Shown here piece after piece: positions 28,268 to 37,706 of a stretch of 64,000 bases of DNA. Below the pieces are notes generated by a model that saw only the letters and a program-made list of their open reading frames with translations, was not told where the DNA came from and did not search any database. The position numbers and the translations under genes are program-made. The stretch spans positions 1,120,001 through 1,184,000 of the forward strand of contig CAXXKJ010000002.1 of the NCBI GenBank assembly GCA_963675295.2, in the 5' to 3' direction. Each line of letters starts with the position of its first letter. Position 1 is the stretch's first letter. This DNA is from a bacterium (GTDB taxonomy: Bacteria > Electryoneota > Electryoneia > Electryoneales > Electryoneaceae).

Positions 28268-29935
28268 ATGATGGACGAGGGCGAGCATGTCTTGATCATC
28301 GGTGCTGATGCGGCCGGACTGAAAACCGCCGCACGTTTGCGCCGGCTGAAACCGGAACTGCCGATCACCGTGCTCGACCGGAGCGATACCATCTCCTATG
28401 CCGCCTGCGGATTCCCGTACTTCCTCTCCGGCGACATCGACGACTTCAGCGAACTGACCCGGACCGCCTGGGGTGAGAACAAGACCCCGCAGTATTTCCA
28501 CGACAGCAAGGATATTGAAGTCCTGACCGGCTGGGACGCGATCCGGATCGAACGCGACCCGAACCAGGTGATCGCGCGGAATGTGGACGGTGAGGAACGC
28601 CCGTTCCCGTTCACGAAGCTCGTGCTCGCCACTGGTGCCAGCCCGGTCAAGCTGAGCATCCCGGGGTCGGATTGCAGGCTGGTCAGTTCGTTCACCCGTC
28701 CCGAGGAAGTGCAATCTCTCCGGATGTCGTTGCAGAAAAATGAGGTTGGGCGTGTCGCGGTGATCGGCGGCGGCTACATCGGCCTCGAGTTGTGCGAGGC
28801 GTTCGCGGCGCTGTGGGGCGTGGAAGTGTTGCTGGTCGAGCAGCGGGTGCGGGTGATGTCGGCCAACCTCGATCCGGAGATTTCGCGTCTGGTTGAAGAT
28901 CACCTGCGGTCGGAGGGTGTGGACGTCCGACTGCAGACCACGCTGAAGCACATCAAGTGCCGCGACGATGAGCTGGTGCTCACGCTCAGCGAAGGCGAGG
29001 AACAGCAGGTCGACCGTGTCGTCCTTTGCCCGGGTGTGTTGCCGAACGCGCAGCTCGCCGTGGACGCCGGCCTGACCATCGGGCCGAAGGGTGGCGTGCA
29101 GGTGGACAAGCATGGCCGCACCTCGGACCTCGCCATCTACGCGGCGGGCGACTGCGCGGAGCTGCCGGATGTGGCGGGGACACGTTTGATCCCGCTCGGC
29201 TCGATCGCGAACCGGATGGGCCGGGTTGTCGCCAACCACATCGCTGGTGTGCCGGATCCGGGTATCCCGAAGCTGTTCGGCACCGGCGTGGTGAAAGTGT
29301 TCGACCTCAATGTTGCCAGCACCGGTCTGTCGGCGGCGCGAGCGCGTCAACGCGGGCTGGAGGTGGAGGAATACTGGGGCTGCTGGACCGACCGTGCGCA
29401 CTATTACCCCGAGAACCAGAATCTAAAGATCAAGGTCGTGCGCGAGCGTCACGGGCAACTGCTCGGCATTCAGGCAGTCGGCAAGGGCGAGGTGGTACGC
29501 TGGGTGGACGCCTTCGCGCAGATCCTTGACCTCGCGGACGGCGACCCGCGTGCGTTGCTGCGCTTCGAGCACGCCTACGCGCCGCCGTACGCTACCGCGC
29601 TCGACCCGTTACACCACATCGGCGCGATGATGGAGACCGGTGACGGCTGGCAGATTGCGCCGACGATGATGCACGGTGGTGGCAATCACGACTGGACGTG
29701 GATCGATCTGCTCGCCGACGAGGAGCGGGACTCGCTCGAGCTGCCGGAAGTGCGCGGCAAGGTGCTGCGGATGACGACGGCGGAGCTGCGCGAGAAGGTG
29801 GACACGTTGCCGAAGCAGGATGTCTATCTCTTCTGCGCACGTGGGCCTCGCAGCTACGAATGCTGCCGGTATTTGCGTCAACACGGGATCAACGCGCGTT
29901 ATCTTGCCGGCGGGATTGCGTTTACCCTGGGTTGA
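28268..29935 (+). CDS. CoA-disulfide/persulfide reductase with C-terminal rhodanese domain (Npsr/CoADR-RHD like)
   Basis: SYAACGFPY redox Cys; GGGYIGLE; AAGDC; AYAPPY; rhodanese CARGPRS. Confidence 0.88.
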   Translation: MMDEGEHVLIIGADAAGLKTAARLRRLKPELPITVLDRSDTISYAACGFPYFLSGDIDDFSELTRTAWGENKTPQYFHDSKDIEVLTGWDAIRIERDPNQVIARNVDGEERPFPFTKLVLATGASPVKLSIPGSDCRLVSSFTRPEEVQSLRMSLQKNEVGRVAVIGGGYIGLELCEAFAALWGVEVLLVEQRVRVMSANLDPEISRLVEDHLRSEGVDVRLQTTLKHIKCRDDELVLTLSEGEEQQVDRVVLCPGVLPNAQLAVDAGLTIGPKGGVQVDKHGRTSDLAIYAAGDCAELPDVAGTRLIPLGSIANRMGRVVANHIAGVPDPGIPKLFGTGVVKVFDLNVASTGLSAARARQRGLEVEEYWGCWTDRAHYYPENQNLKIKVVRERHGQLLGIQAVGKGEVVRWVDAFAQILDLADGDPRALLRFEHAYAPPYATALDPLHHIGAMMETGDGWQIAPTMMHGGGNHDWTWIDLLADEERDSLELPEVRGKVLRMTTAELREKVDTLPKQDVYLFCARGPRSYECCRYLRQHGINARYLAGGIAFTLG

Positions 29936-29956
29936 TCACACACGCAGCAGGATTCC

Positions 29957-30661
29957 ATGAGCCTACCGAAATTGCCGGACCCGGCGAAAGCGTCTGACAA
30001 GGTTATGCGGGCGCGTGTCGCGGATGTCGCCGCTCTCTTCGAACGGGAAAAGGGTCCGCTGAAATGGCCGGGCCGCCGTGACCCGCTCGCCGGACTGGTC
30101 CAGACGTTACTCTCGCACAATACCACCGACCCGAACGCGTTCGCCGCCTACGACCGGATGATGGAACGTTACGGCGACTGGGCGTCGGTGCATCACGCGC
30201 CCCACGCCGAGCTGTCCGAAACGATCCGTATCGCTGGCCTCAACAACCAGAAGGCGGAACGGATTCAGGATCTGCTCGCGTTCGTCAAGGAGACGTACGG
30301 CGACTACACCGCGGACGCGCTGGAGTCGATGGACTTTGACGAAGCGTTCGCGACCTTCGGCCACCTCAAGGGCGTCAAGCACAAGACGCTGGCGGTGGTG
30401 CTGACCTTCGACCTCGGCAAGGATGTGTTCGCGGTCGACACCCATGTCCATCGCGTCTGCCAGCGGATCGGGTTTGTGACGGAGAAGGCGACGGCGGTGA
30501 GGACGTTCGAACGCATGAACGAGCTGGTGCCGGACGGACGGGGCTACCAGTTCCATGTGCACCTGATCCGTCACGGCCGCCAGATCTGCAAGGCACGCGG
30601 GCCGCTGTGTAATGAGTGTTTTGTGCGTGACTTGTGCCGGTTCGGACGCTCCGTGAAGTAA
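29957..30661 (+). CDS. nth: Endonuclease III family (HhH-GPD, 4Fe-4S) DNA glycosylase
   Basis: LLSHNTTD, LKGVKHKT, VDTHVHRV, C-x6-C-x2-C-x5-C. Confidence 0.85.
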   Translation: MSLPKLPDPAKASDKVMRARVADVAALFEREKGPLKWPGRRDPLAGLVQTLLSHNTTDPNAFAAYDRMMERYGDWASVHHAPHAELSETIRIAGLNNQKAERIQDLLAFVKETYGDYTADALESMDFDEAFATFGHLKGVKHKTLAVVLTFDLGKDVFAVDTHVHRVCQRIGFVTEKATAVRTFERMNELVPDGRGYQFHVHLIRHGRQICKARGPLCNECFVRDLCRFGRSVK

Positions 30662-30662
30662 G

Positions 30663-30760
30663 GGGTGTCATTCTGAACGTCACGTAGTGACGTGAAGAAT
30701 CTCCAGCTAATCAAACGGTGGATAAGTTGGAGATCTTTCACTGCGTTCAGGATGACACCC
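30663..30760. repeat. REP/MITE-like palindromic element (GTCATTCTGAACG family)
   Basis: GGGTGTCATTCTGAACG...GTGAAGAATCT / AGATCTTTCAC..CGTTCAGGATGACACCC; half copy at about 30818-30845. Confidence 0.8.
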
Positions 30761-30767
30761 TCGATCA

Positions 30768-30806
30768 CAGACCGCAGACCGCAGACCGCAGACCGCAGAC
30801 CGCAGC
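30768..30806. repeat. Heptamer tandem repeat (CAGACCG) about 5 copies
   Basis: Read directly. Confidence 0.9.
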
Positions 30807-30928
30807 CTGACAATGACGAGATCCTTCACTGCGTTCAAGATAATCCCAGACGTGCGAACCCCTTCCGCGCTCCGTATATTCCCCGCCCATACGTCACGTT
30901 CCCAAGCCGGAAAAAGGACTTCCGATAG

Positions 30929-31681
30929 ATGACAAGTTTGCGTAAGACTCTGTTCGTGATTCTCATGCTCATGATGTTCGCTGTACCGGCTGTCAACGCA
31001 CAGGTGATCGCCGAAGGGTCGGTTGTCACCGATTACATGTGGCGTGGGTTCAACGTGCTCAATGGCGCGCCGGCGTTCCAGCCGACGGTCACCGGCATTC
31101 TCGGCGACACCGGATTTGACATCAACGCGTGGTTCTCGTTCGCGTTGCGGGATCGGGAGCAGCAGGCGATTCGTGACCTCGATGAGATGGACCTGACGTT
31201 GACGTATTCGCGCAGTATCGGCACAGTCGATGTGCGCGCCGGGGTGTTCACGTACCACCTGTTCACGCACGAGGACTATCCGGACGCGGACTACACGTTT
31301 GTCCGGGAAGCGTTCGGCGGGGTGACGTTTGCGAGTCTGCCGCTGTCGCCGTGGGTGGCGTACAACTATGAGCTCGTCGAGGATGGCGGCAACGACTGGT
31401 ACCTGGAACTTGGCGCGGACCAGCCCGTGTCCCTTCCAAACGATCAGGAATTGCTGCTCAGCCTGCATGCGGGTTGGTACAGCGCGGAGTGGGCGGGGCT
31501 TGGTGGACAGTTGACGGATGTGTCGTTGACAGTCGGTTTGCCGGCTGTTCCGCTGCTGGGAGACAACGTCTCGCTGGTGCCGTGGATGATGGCGGCGTAT
31601 ACGCCCCCGGAACACGTGAATCCAAACCGGTTTGAGGTGGTGGCTGGAATGGCGCTCAGTGGGGTCTTTCTGGCTCGCTAA
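30929..31681 (+). CDS. TorF/TIGR02001-like putative outer-membrane porin
   Basis: Signal peptide; TDYMWRG...PAFQP; E.DLT..Y. Confidence 0.7.
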   Translation: MTSLRKTLFVILMLMMFAVPAVNAQVIAEGSVVTDYMWRGFNVLNGAPAFQPTVTGILGDTGFDINAWFSFALRDREQQAIRDLDEMDLTLTYSRSIGTVDVRAGVFTYHLFTHEDYPDADYTFVREAFGGVTFASLPLSPWVAYNYELVEDGGNDWYLELGADQPVSLPNDQELLLSLHAGWYSAEWAGLGGQLTDVSLTVGLPAVPLLGDNVSLVPWMMAAYTPPEHVNPNRFEVVAGMALSGVFLAR

Positions 31682-31774
31682 GGCTTGATCTCAGCCGGTT
31701 TTCGACGTATGGTCCCCCCGACCTTACACGTAACATTTACCCAGACGATAGCGATACGAAAATAGGAGGCTTAC

Positions 31775-34504
31775 ATGGCCACAAAATACGTCTATTTCTT
31801 CGGCGAAGGGAAAGCCGACGGCAACGCCGAGATGAAGAATCTGCTCGGCGGCAAGGGTGCGAACCTCGCCGAGATGACCAGCTTGGGGATTCCGGTCCCG
31901 CCGGGATTCACCATCACCACCGAGATGTGCACCGAGTATTTCGAGAACGGTGGCAATCTCAACGACGAAGTTGAGACCCAGGTGAAGGATTCGCTGGCCA
32001 AGGTCGAGAAGATCATGGGCCGCAAGTTCGGTGATCCGGACAACCCGCTGCTGGTTTCGGTGCGTTCCGGCGCGCGCATGTCGATGCCGGGCATGATGGA
32101 CACGGTGTTGAACGTCGGCCTCTGCGAAGCGACGCTGCCGGGTCTCGCGAAAATGATGGGCGACGAACGGTACGCGTGGGACTCCTACCGCCGTCTGATC
32201 CAGATGTACGCGGACGTGGTGATGGAATTCGCCGCCGGCATCGAGCATGAGGATGAGTCGGATCACATCCACAACCGTCTCGAGAAAGAACTGGAAACGC
32301 TGAAGGACGAAGTCGGCGCGAAAGAAGACCAGGATCTGACGACGGAAAACCTGCAGGAATTGGTCAAGCGCTACAAGGCGACGGTGAAGGACGTGCTCGG
32401 CAGCGAGTTCCCGGACGACCCAATGGCTCAGCTGTGGGGCGGCATCCGTGCCGTGTTCCAGTCCTGGAACGGCAAGCGCGCGATCGCCTACCGCAAGTAC
32501 GAAAACATCCCGCACGATTGGGGCACCGCGGTCAACGTGCAGACGATGGTCTTCGGCAACATGGGCGAAGGCTGCGCGACCGGCGTCGCGTTCACCCGTG
32601 ACCCGGCCACCGGCAACAACGTGTTCTACGGCGAGTGGCTGCCGAACGCGCAGGGCGAAGATGTGGTCGCCGGTATCCGCACCCCGCGTGCGATCAACCA
32701 GCCGTCCATCTCGAAGGGTCAGAACGACAACATGCCGACCCTCGAGCAGGACATGCCGGAAGCCTACAAGCAGTTGCACGACATCCGCGACAACCTTGAG
32801 GCGCACTACAAGGACATGCAGGATGTCGAGTTCACGATTGAGAATAAGAAGCTGTGGATGCTGCAGACGCGTACCGGTAAGCGCAATGGCCGCGCCGCGA
32901 CGATCATGGCTGTTGACATGGCCAATGAGGGCCTGATCAGCAAGGAAACGGCGATTCTGCGCGTCAAGCCGGAACAGTTGGACGAGCTGCTGCACCCGAT
33001 GATCGACCCGAAGGCGGAGAAGGAAGGGACCAAGATCACGACTGGTCTTCCGGCCGGCCCCGGCGGCGCGGTTGGCAAGATCATCCTCAATTCGGATCGT
33101 GCGAAGGACCTGGCGGCGAAGTCGAGTGATCCGCTGATTCTCGTGCGTGTCGAAACCAGCCCGGAAGATGTGGACGGCATGCGTGCCGCCAAGGGCATCC
33201 TGACCAGTCGTGGCGGCATGACCTCGCACGCCGCGTTGGTCGCCCGTGGCTGGGGCAAGTGCTGCATCGTCGGCGCCGGCGATCTCAAGATCGACTACGC
33301 GGCGAAGACGGTCACCACGGCCGACGGTACCGTGTTCAAGGAAGGCGACTGGTTGAGCCTGAACGGGACGACCGGTAAGGTCTACGCTGGCCAGCTGCCG
33401 GTGGTGGACGCCGATCCGGACAGCGTGCCGGAATACACGCAGTTGATGGAGTGGTCGGACGAATTCCGCCGTCTCGGTGTCCGCACCAACGCCGACACCC
33501 CGAAGGACGCGGAAATCGCCCGCAAGTTCGGCGCGAAGGGCATCGGCCTCACCCGTACAGAGCACATGTTCTTCGGCGGTGAGCGCATCAAGGCCGTCCG
33601 CGGCATGATCCTCTCCGACAGCCCGGAGCAGCGCCGTGAATTCATCATGAAGCTGCTGCCGTTCCAGCGCGACGACTTCTACGGCATCCTCAAGGCGATG
33701 AGTCCGTATCCGGTCAATATCCGTCTGCTCGACCCGCCGCTGCACGAGTTCCTTCCGTCCCACGAGGAGAAGGACTTGATCAAGCAGGTCGCAGCTGACA
33801 TGAACATCGATGAGGACACGCTCCTGAAGCGGATTAACGGCCTGCACGAGTTCAACCCGATGCTCGGTCACCGTGGTTGCCGCCTCGGCATCAGCATCCC
33901 GGAACTGACCGAGATGCAGTCACGCGCGATCCTGGAAGCGACGGCTCAGTTGGTCAAGGAAGGCGTCGAAGTGCATCCGGAGATCATGGTTCCGCTGGTC
34001 GGGAACGTGAAGGAGCTGGAAAACCAGCGTGAGATCGTGCTGCGTGTCGCGGAAGACGTGAAGAAAGAAACTGGCATCGACAACCTGCCGTTCAAGGTCG
34101 GTACGATGATCGAGGTTCCGCGCGCGGCGGTGACGGCTGGTGAGATCGCGAAGATCGCCCAGTTCTTCAGCTTCGGCACCAACGACCTGACGCAGATGGG
34201 TTGCGGCTTCAGCCGTGACGACGCGGGTACGTTCCTGCCGGAATATGTCGAACGCGGTATTTACGACGACGATCCGTTCCAGAGCCTCGACCAGAGTGGT
34301 GTTGGCGAATTGGTGCGTATCGCGGTGGAACAGGGCCGTGCGGCGAACCCGGACCTGCACCTCGGCATCTGCGGTGAGCACGGTGGCGATCCGAAGTCGG
34401 TGGAGTTCTTCCATCGCGTCGGCCTCGACTACGTGTCCTGCTCGCCGTTCCGTGTGCCGATCGCCCGTTTCGCAGCGGCACAGGCAGTGATCAAGGAGAA
34501 GTAA
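31775..34504 (+). CDS. ppdK: Pyruvate, phosphate dikinase
   Basis: LLGGKGANLAEM, SVRSGAR.SMPGMMDT, GGMTSHAA, RTEHMFF, SFGTNDLTQM, CGEHGG. Confidence 0.99.
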   Translation: MATKYVYFFGEGKADGNAEMKNLLGGKGANLAEMTSLGIPVPPGFTITTEMCTEYFENGGNLNDEVETQVKDSLAKVEKIMGRKFGDPDNPLLVSVRSGARMSMPGMMDTVLNVGLCEATLPGLAKMMGDERYAWDSYRRLIQMYADVVMEFAAGIEHEDESDHIHNRLEKELETLKDEVGAKEDQDLTTENLQELVKRYKATVKDVLGSEFPDDPMAQLWGGIRAVFQSWNGKRAIAYRKYENIPHDWGTAVNVQTMVFGNMGEGCATGVAFTRDPATGNNVFYGEWLPNAQGEDVVAGIRTPRAINQPSISKGQNDNMPTLEQDMPEAYKQLHDIRDNLEAHYKDMQDVEFTIENKKLWMLQTRTGKRNGRAATIMAVDMANEGLISKETAILRVKPEQLDELLHPMIDPKAEKEGTKITTGLPAGPGGAVGKIILNSDRAKDLAAKSSDPLILVRVETSPEDVDGMRAAKGILTSRGGMTSHAALVARGWGKCCIVGAGDLKIDYAAKTVTTADGTVFKEGDWLSLNGTTGKVYAGQLPVVDADPDSVPEYTQLMEWSDEFRRLGVRTNADTPKDAEIARKFGAKGIGLTRTEHMFFGGERIKAVRGMILSDSPEQRREFIMKLLPFQRDDFYGILKAMSPYPVNIRLLDPPLHEFLPSHEEKDLIKQVAADMNIDEDTLLKRINGLHEFNPMLGHRGCRLGISIPELTEMQSRAILEATAQLVKEGVEVHPEIMVPLVGNVKELENQREIVLRVAEDVKKETGIDNLPFKVGTMIEVPRAAVTAGEIAKIAQFFSFGTNDLTQMGCGFSRDDAGTFLPEYVERGIYDDDPFQSLDQSGVGELVRIAVEQGRAANPDLHLGICGEHGGDPKSVEFFHRVGLDYVSCSPFRVPIARFAAAQAVIKEK

Positions 34505-34537
34505 GCTCCGTGATCATGCAGAACTGATATGAGTAGC

Positions 34538-34570
34538 AAGGGGACGTCTGCACGCAGGCGTCCCCTTCTT
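34538..34570. terminator. Intrinsic terminator after ppdK
   Basis: AAGGGGACGTCTGC-ac-GCAGGCGTCCCCTT. Confidence 0.75.
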
Positions 34571-34590
34571 ATCTCGATCAATGAAACCCG

Positions 34591-35154
34591 TCAGCCCTGC
34601 TTGCTCAACGTCTCCTTCAAGATCTGCGCGAACGCCTGGTACAGCATCGCTACCTGGGCCGGATCTGGTTCCGGTTCGAGGTGCTGGAATCCGATCCATG
34701 CCGCATAGACAACAGGCGCGAGCAGTTCGGCCTGAACCGGATCGACGCCGACATCCCGCCGCATCAACTCGCTGACGTAATCCGTCCGTCGAGTGTCCAC
34801 CTCGGCAACGAAATGCCGCAACGCCGGACGCCGCGCGATCAAACGGCGAACGTTCCGTTCAATACCGTAGTCCAACGCAAACGCCAGCGAGTTCAGACGG
34901 TATGGCTTCCCATCCGGATCAGAGGTTTGGGATTCCACCGCCTCGATCAGGTGCTCTGTGTGCAGCACACGCCAGCGTTCCAGAATCCCCGCCAACAGCG
35001 CTTCCATGTCCTCGAAGTGATGATACAGCGATCCACGAGTTCGGCCTGCCGCGGTGCAGACCGCATCCACCGTCAACGCTTCCGGCCCCTGCTCGCCGAG
35101 GAGCTTCAGGCCGAGGTCGGTCCAGTCGTCACGGGTCATTCGTGCGCTGCTCAT
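34591..35154 (-). CDS. TetR/AcrR family regulator
   Basis: TRDDW...G...L...GPEALTV..V....GRTRGSLYHHF. Confidence 0.88.
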   Translation of the reverse strand: MSSARMTRDDWTDLGLKLLGEQGPEALTVDAVCTAAGRTRGSLYHHFEDMEALLAGILERWRVLHTEHLIEAVESQTSDPDGKPYRLNSLAFALDYGIERNVRRLIARRPALRHFVAEVDTRRTDYVSELMRRDVGVDPVQAELLAPVVYAAWIGFQHLEPEPDPAQVAMLYQAFAQILKETLSKQG

Positions 35155-35519
35155 CGCAGTAGCCCGATGATGGCTGCCACATTGACGACGAGGAACAGGA
35201 ACCACTGCGGCAGTTGATACGGCTTCAGCCGCGTGTACACGAGCAAGCCCAGGTTCAGCAGCATGAAACAAACCGACAGGGCGGTGAGCAGGATCGCGAC
35301 ATCGTATCCGTCGGGATTGAACGCGGCATACGCGTACCCGGCAGCCATGGCGAATAGCAGAATGGTCACCATGTGCCATGTGAAGTCGTTGGTGTACTTC
35401 GGCACGGGCTGGAGTTTCGATCTCAGCAGGGGTTTGGCGATTTTCGCTCCGCCGAGGAAGGTGTGGATCGTCCAGACGATGAGCGACAGAATCGCGGCAA
35501 CGAGAAAGGCTGTGTTCAT
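35151..35519 (-). CDS. Small 4-TM membrane protein co-transcribed with TetR
   Basis: Hydrophobic helices; IHTFLGG, WHMVT, LPQW motifs; ATGA overlap. Confidence 0.75.
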   Translation of the reverse strand: MNTAFLVAAILSLIVWTIHTFLGGAKIAKPLLRSKLQPVPKYTNDFTWHMVTILLFAMAAGYAYAAFNPDGYDVAILLTALSVCFMLLNLGLLVYTRLKPYQLPQWFLFLVVNVAAIIGLLR

Positions 35520-35539
35520 GAGTGGCTCAGGTGTTTGAG

Positions 35540-35566
35540 TTCCATACCATAAAGTATGGTATGGAA
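35540..35566. promoter_or_regulatory. TetR-type operator palindrome
   Basis: TTCCATACCATA-aag-TATGGTATGGAA about 20 nt upstream of the operon start. Confidence 0.75.
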
Positions 35567-35722
35567 GCGATTCGTGCAAACCCAAGTTTTGCGGTTGGAG
35601 TGGTCAGCGGGAAGCCGGGGGTGGGGGCAGAGAACGCGAGGTTAGAGAGGGCGGGGGTAGTATAGATCGCAGGTAGGTTACAGCGTTGGGAGTGTCTATT
35701 TAACGCACGAAAGCGGCCAAGC

Positions 35723-35895
35723 ACGTCATTCCGAACGAAACGAAGTGAAGTGAGGAAGGTCCAGCTGCACACAGGACAAACGAGGTCCGACCCCGTGAAG
35801 TGGGACCTGCTTCTGCCACACACGGACGTGGCTTCAGCATGACGTACAAGCAGCTTTCCGCAGTCCGCAGTCCGCAGTCCGCTGTCCGCAGTCCC
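35723..35895. repeat. Degenerate GTCATT-family palindromic element followed by (CCGCAGT) heptamer repeats
   Basis: ACGTCATTCCGAAC...TTCAGCATGACGT (35723-35845), then ccgcagt about 5 copies. Confidence 0.65.
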
Positions 35896-36044
35896 TGGTG
35901 CCCGTGATTGACCGCCGGTCAGTTTCGGCGGCTTTCGCGGGTCATCCGCCACGTGCCCACTTTACACAGGACAGGGCAACACGTCCGCGTTTGCAAGCAA
36001 ACACGGGCACGAACGATCTAGTCTCAAATCTCAAGTCGTAAGTT

Positions 36045-36068
36045 TCAGGACTCAGGACTCAGGACTCA
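36045..36068 (-). repeat. Heptamer repeat (TGAGTCC)3-TGA that includes the ALDH stop codon
   Basis: TCA at 36045, 36052, 36059, 36066. Confidence 0.9.
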
Positions 36069-37496
36069 AGACTGCGTCTTCACCACCACCATCTTGATGT
36101 TGGTCATCTCGTCCACGGCGAAACGCACCCCTTCGCGTCCGATGCCGGAGTCGCGGTTGCCGCCGTACGGCATCTGATCAACACGGAAGGTCGGGACTTC
36201 GTTAACCATCACGCCGCCGAAGTTGAGGCCACGGATGGCGTCGAACATCTGGTCGATACGTGCGGTGAAGACCCCAGCCTGCAGGCCGAACGTGGTATCG
36301 TCGGCGAGTTTCAGGCCTTCCTCGAAGCTGGATACGCGTTCGATCAGTACCACCGGCCCGAACACTTCGTCCGACCACACTTTCATGTTGGGTGATGTAT
36401 TGGTAAGTACCGTCGGCGCGTACGAGCGTTCACTAAGGCGTTCTCCGCCCGCGAGAACCGTCGCGCCGTTGGCGACGGCTTCCTTGACCCACAGATCGAT
36501 GCGTTCGCAATCGCCAATCGAGATCAGCGAGCTGACGTCGGCCTCTTTGTTCAACGGGTGATCCACAACCAGGTTCTTGGTCTTCTGGCAGAACGCGTGG
36601 GTGAAGTCGTCCGCGACGGCTTCGTGCACGTAGATCCGTTGCACCGAGATGCACACCTGTCCGGTGTGGGAAAAGGCGCCCATCACGCACTGATCGACTG
36701 CGTGCTCGAGGTCGGCGGATTCGTCGATGACGACCGGCGAGGTGTTACCGAGTTCGAGGGTGACGCGTTTCAGTCCGCTGTTCTGCTTGATGGTCTTGCC
36801 GACTTCGACCGATCCGGTGAAGGTCAGTTTGGCGATACGCGGGTCTTTGACCAGTCCCATGCCGATGGTGCGGCCGCTGCCGTGGATGACGTTGAACGCG
36901 CCGTCCGGCCATGCAGTCTGCTCAATGATTTCGGCCAGTTTCAGCGCGGTGACGGGCGTCGTGCCAGCAGGCTTGAGCACGATCGGGCAGCCGGCAGCGA
37001 TGGCGGGCGCGACTTTATGCGCGACGAGGTTGAGCGGGAAGTTGAATGGTGTGATCGCACCGACGACGCCGACCGGTTCACGCAGCCACATGCCGAAGTA
37101 GCCGCCGCCGCGAGACGATGCGTCCATTGGCACGGTTTCGCCGTGCAGCGTGCGTGCGACTCCGGCGGCGAAGGTGAAGGTTTCGTGCGCGCGGGCGGCT
37201 TCGCTGAGGGCGTACTTCCACGTTTTCCCACCTTCGACGGCGATGGTTTCGGCGATTTCCTCGGCGCGAGCGTTCAACGTGTATGCGATTTCATCGAGGA
37301 TTTCGGCTCTCTGGTGCGCACTCAGGGCGCGAGTTTTCGCGAAACTTTTCTCTGCCGCCGCGCATGCCATATCCAGTTCACGCTCGCCAGCGAGCGCGAC
37401 CTCGGCGTACGGTTCCCCATTGTATTTGTCTTCGACCGTATCCCAGCTGCCGGTTTCAATCCAGTCACCGTCGATGTAGAGCTTGAACCGCTGCAT
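36066..37496 (-). CDS. NAD(P)-dependent aldehyde dehydrogenase (lactaldehyde-DH/GAPN-like clade)
   Basis: ITPFNFP, FTGS, LELG, GQVCIS, EVFGP, MPYGG...SGIGREG. Confidence 0.93.
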   Translation of the reverse strand: MQRFKLYIDGDWIETGSWDTVEDKYNGEPYAEVALAGERELDMACAAAEKSFAKTRALSAHQRAEILDEIAYTLNARAEEIAETIAVEGGKTWKYALSEAARAHETFTFAAGVARTLHGETVPMDASSRGGGYFGMWLREPVGVVGAITPFNFPLNLVAHKVAPAIAAGCPIVLKPAGTTPVTALKLAEIIEQTAWPDGAFNVIHGSGRTIGMGLVKDPRIAKLTFTGSVEVGKTIKQNSGLKRVTLELGNTSPVVIDESADLEHAVDQCVMGAFSHTGQVCISVQRIYVHEAVADDFTHAFCQKTKNLVVDHPLNKEADVSSLISIGDCERIDLWVKEAVANGATVLAGGERLSERSYAPTVLTNTSPNMKVWSDEVFGPVVLIERVSSFEEGLKLADDTTFGLQAGVFTARIDQMFDAIRGLNFGGVMVNEVPTFRVDQMPYGGNRDSGIGREGVRFAVDEMTNIKMVVVKTQS

Positions 37497-37706
37497 TGTC
37501 GTCTCCGGATTCGCGTTGTCGTTGTTGAGCAAATAGGCATATTCGCGTCGACTTCTCAAGCGTCCTGCCGGACCGGGAGCGGTGTGTTGAGCCGGAAGGA
37601 CGCGTCTCCAGCGCTGTCTCGCGCGGGCAAGGAATGTGGTATTCACGGCACGCCCGTGTTGTAGTTTTGACGGCAGTATTTCGCCCATTGGAAGGTTTGC
37701 ACCCGC

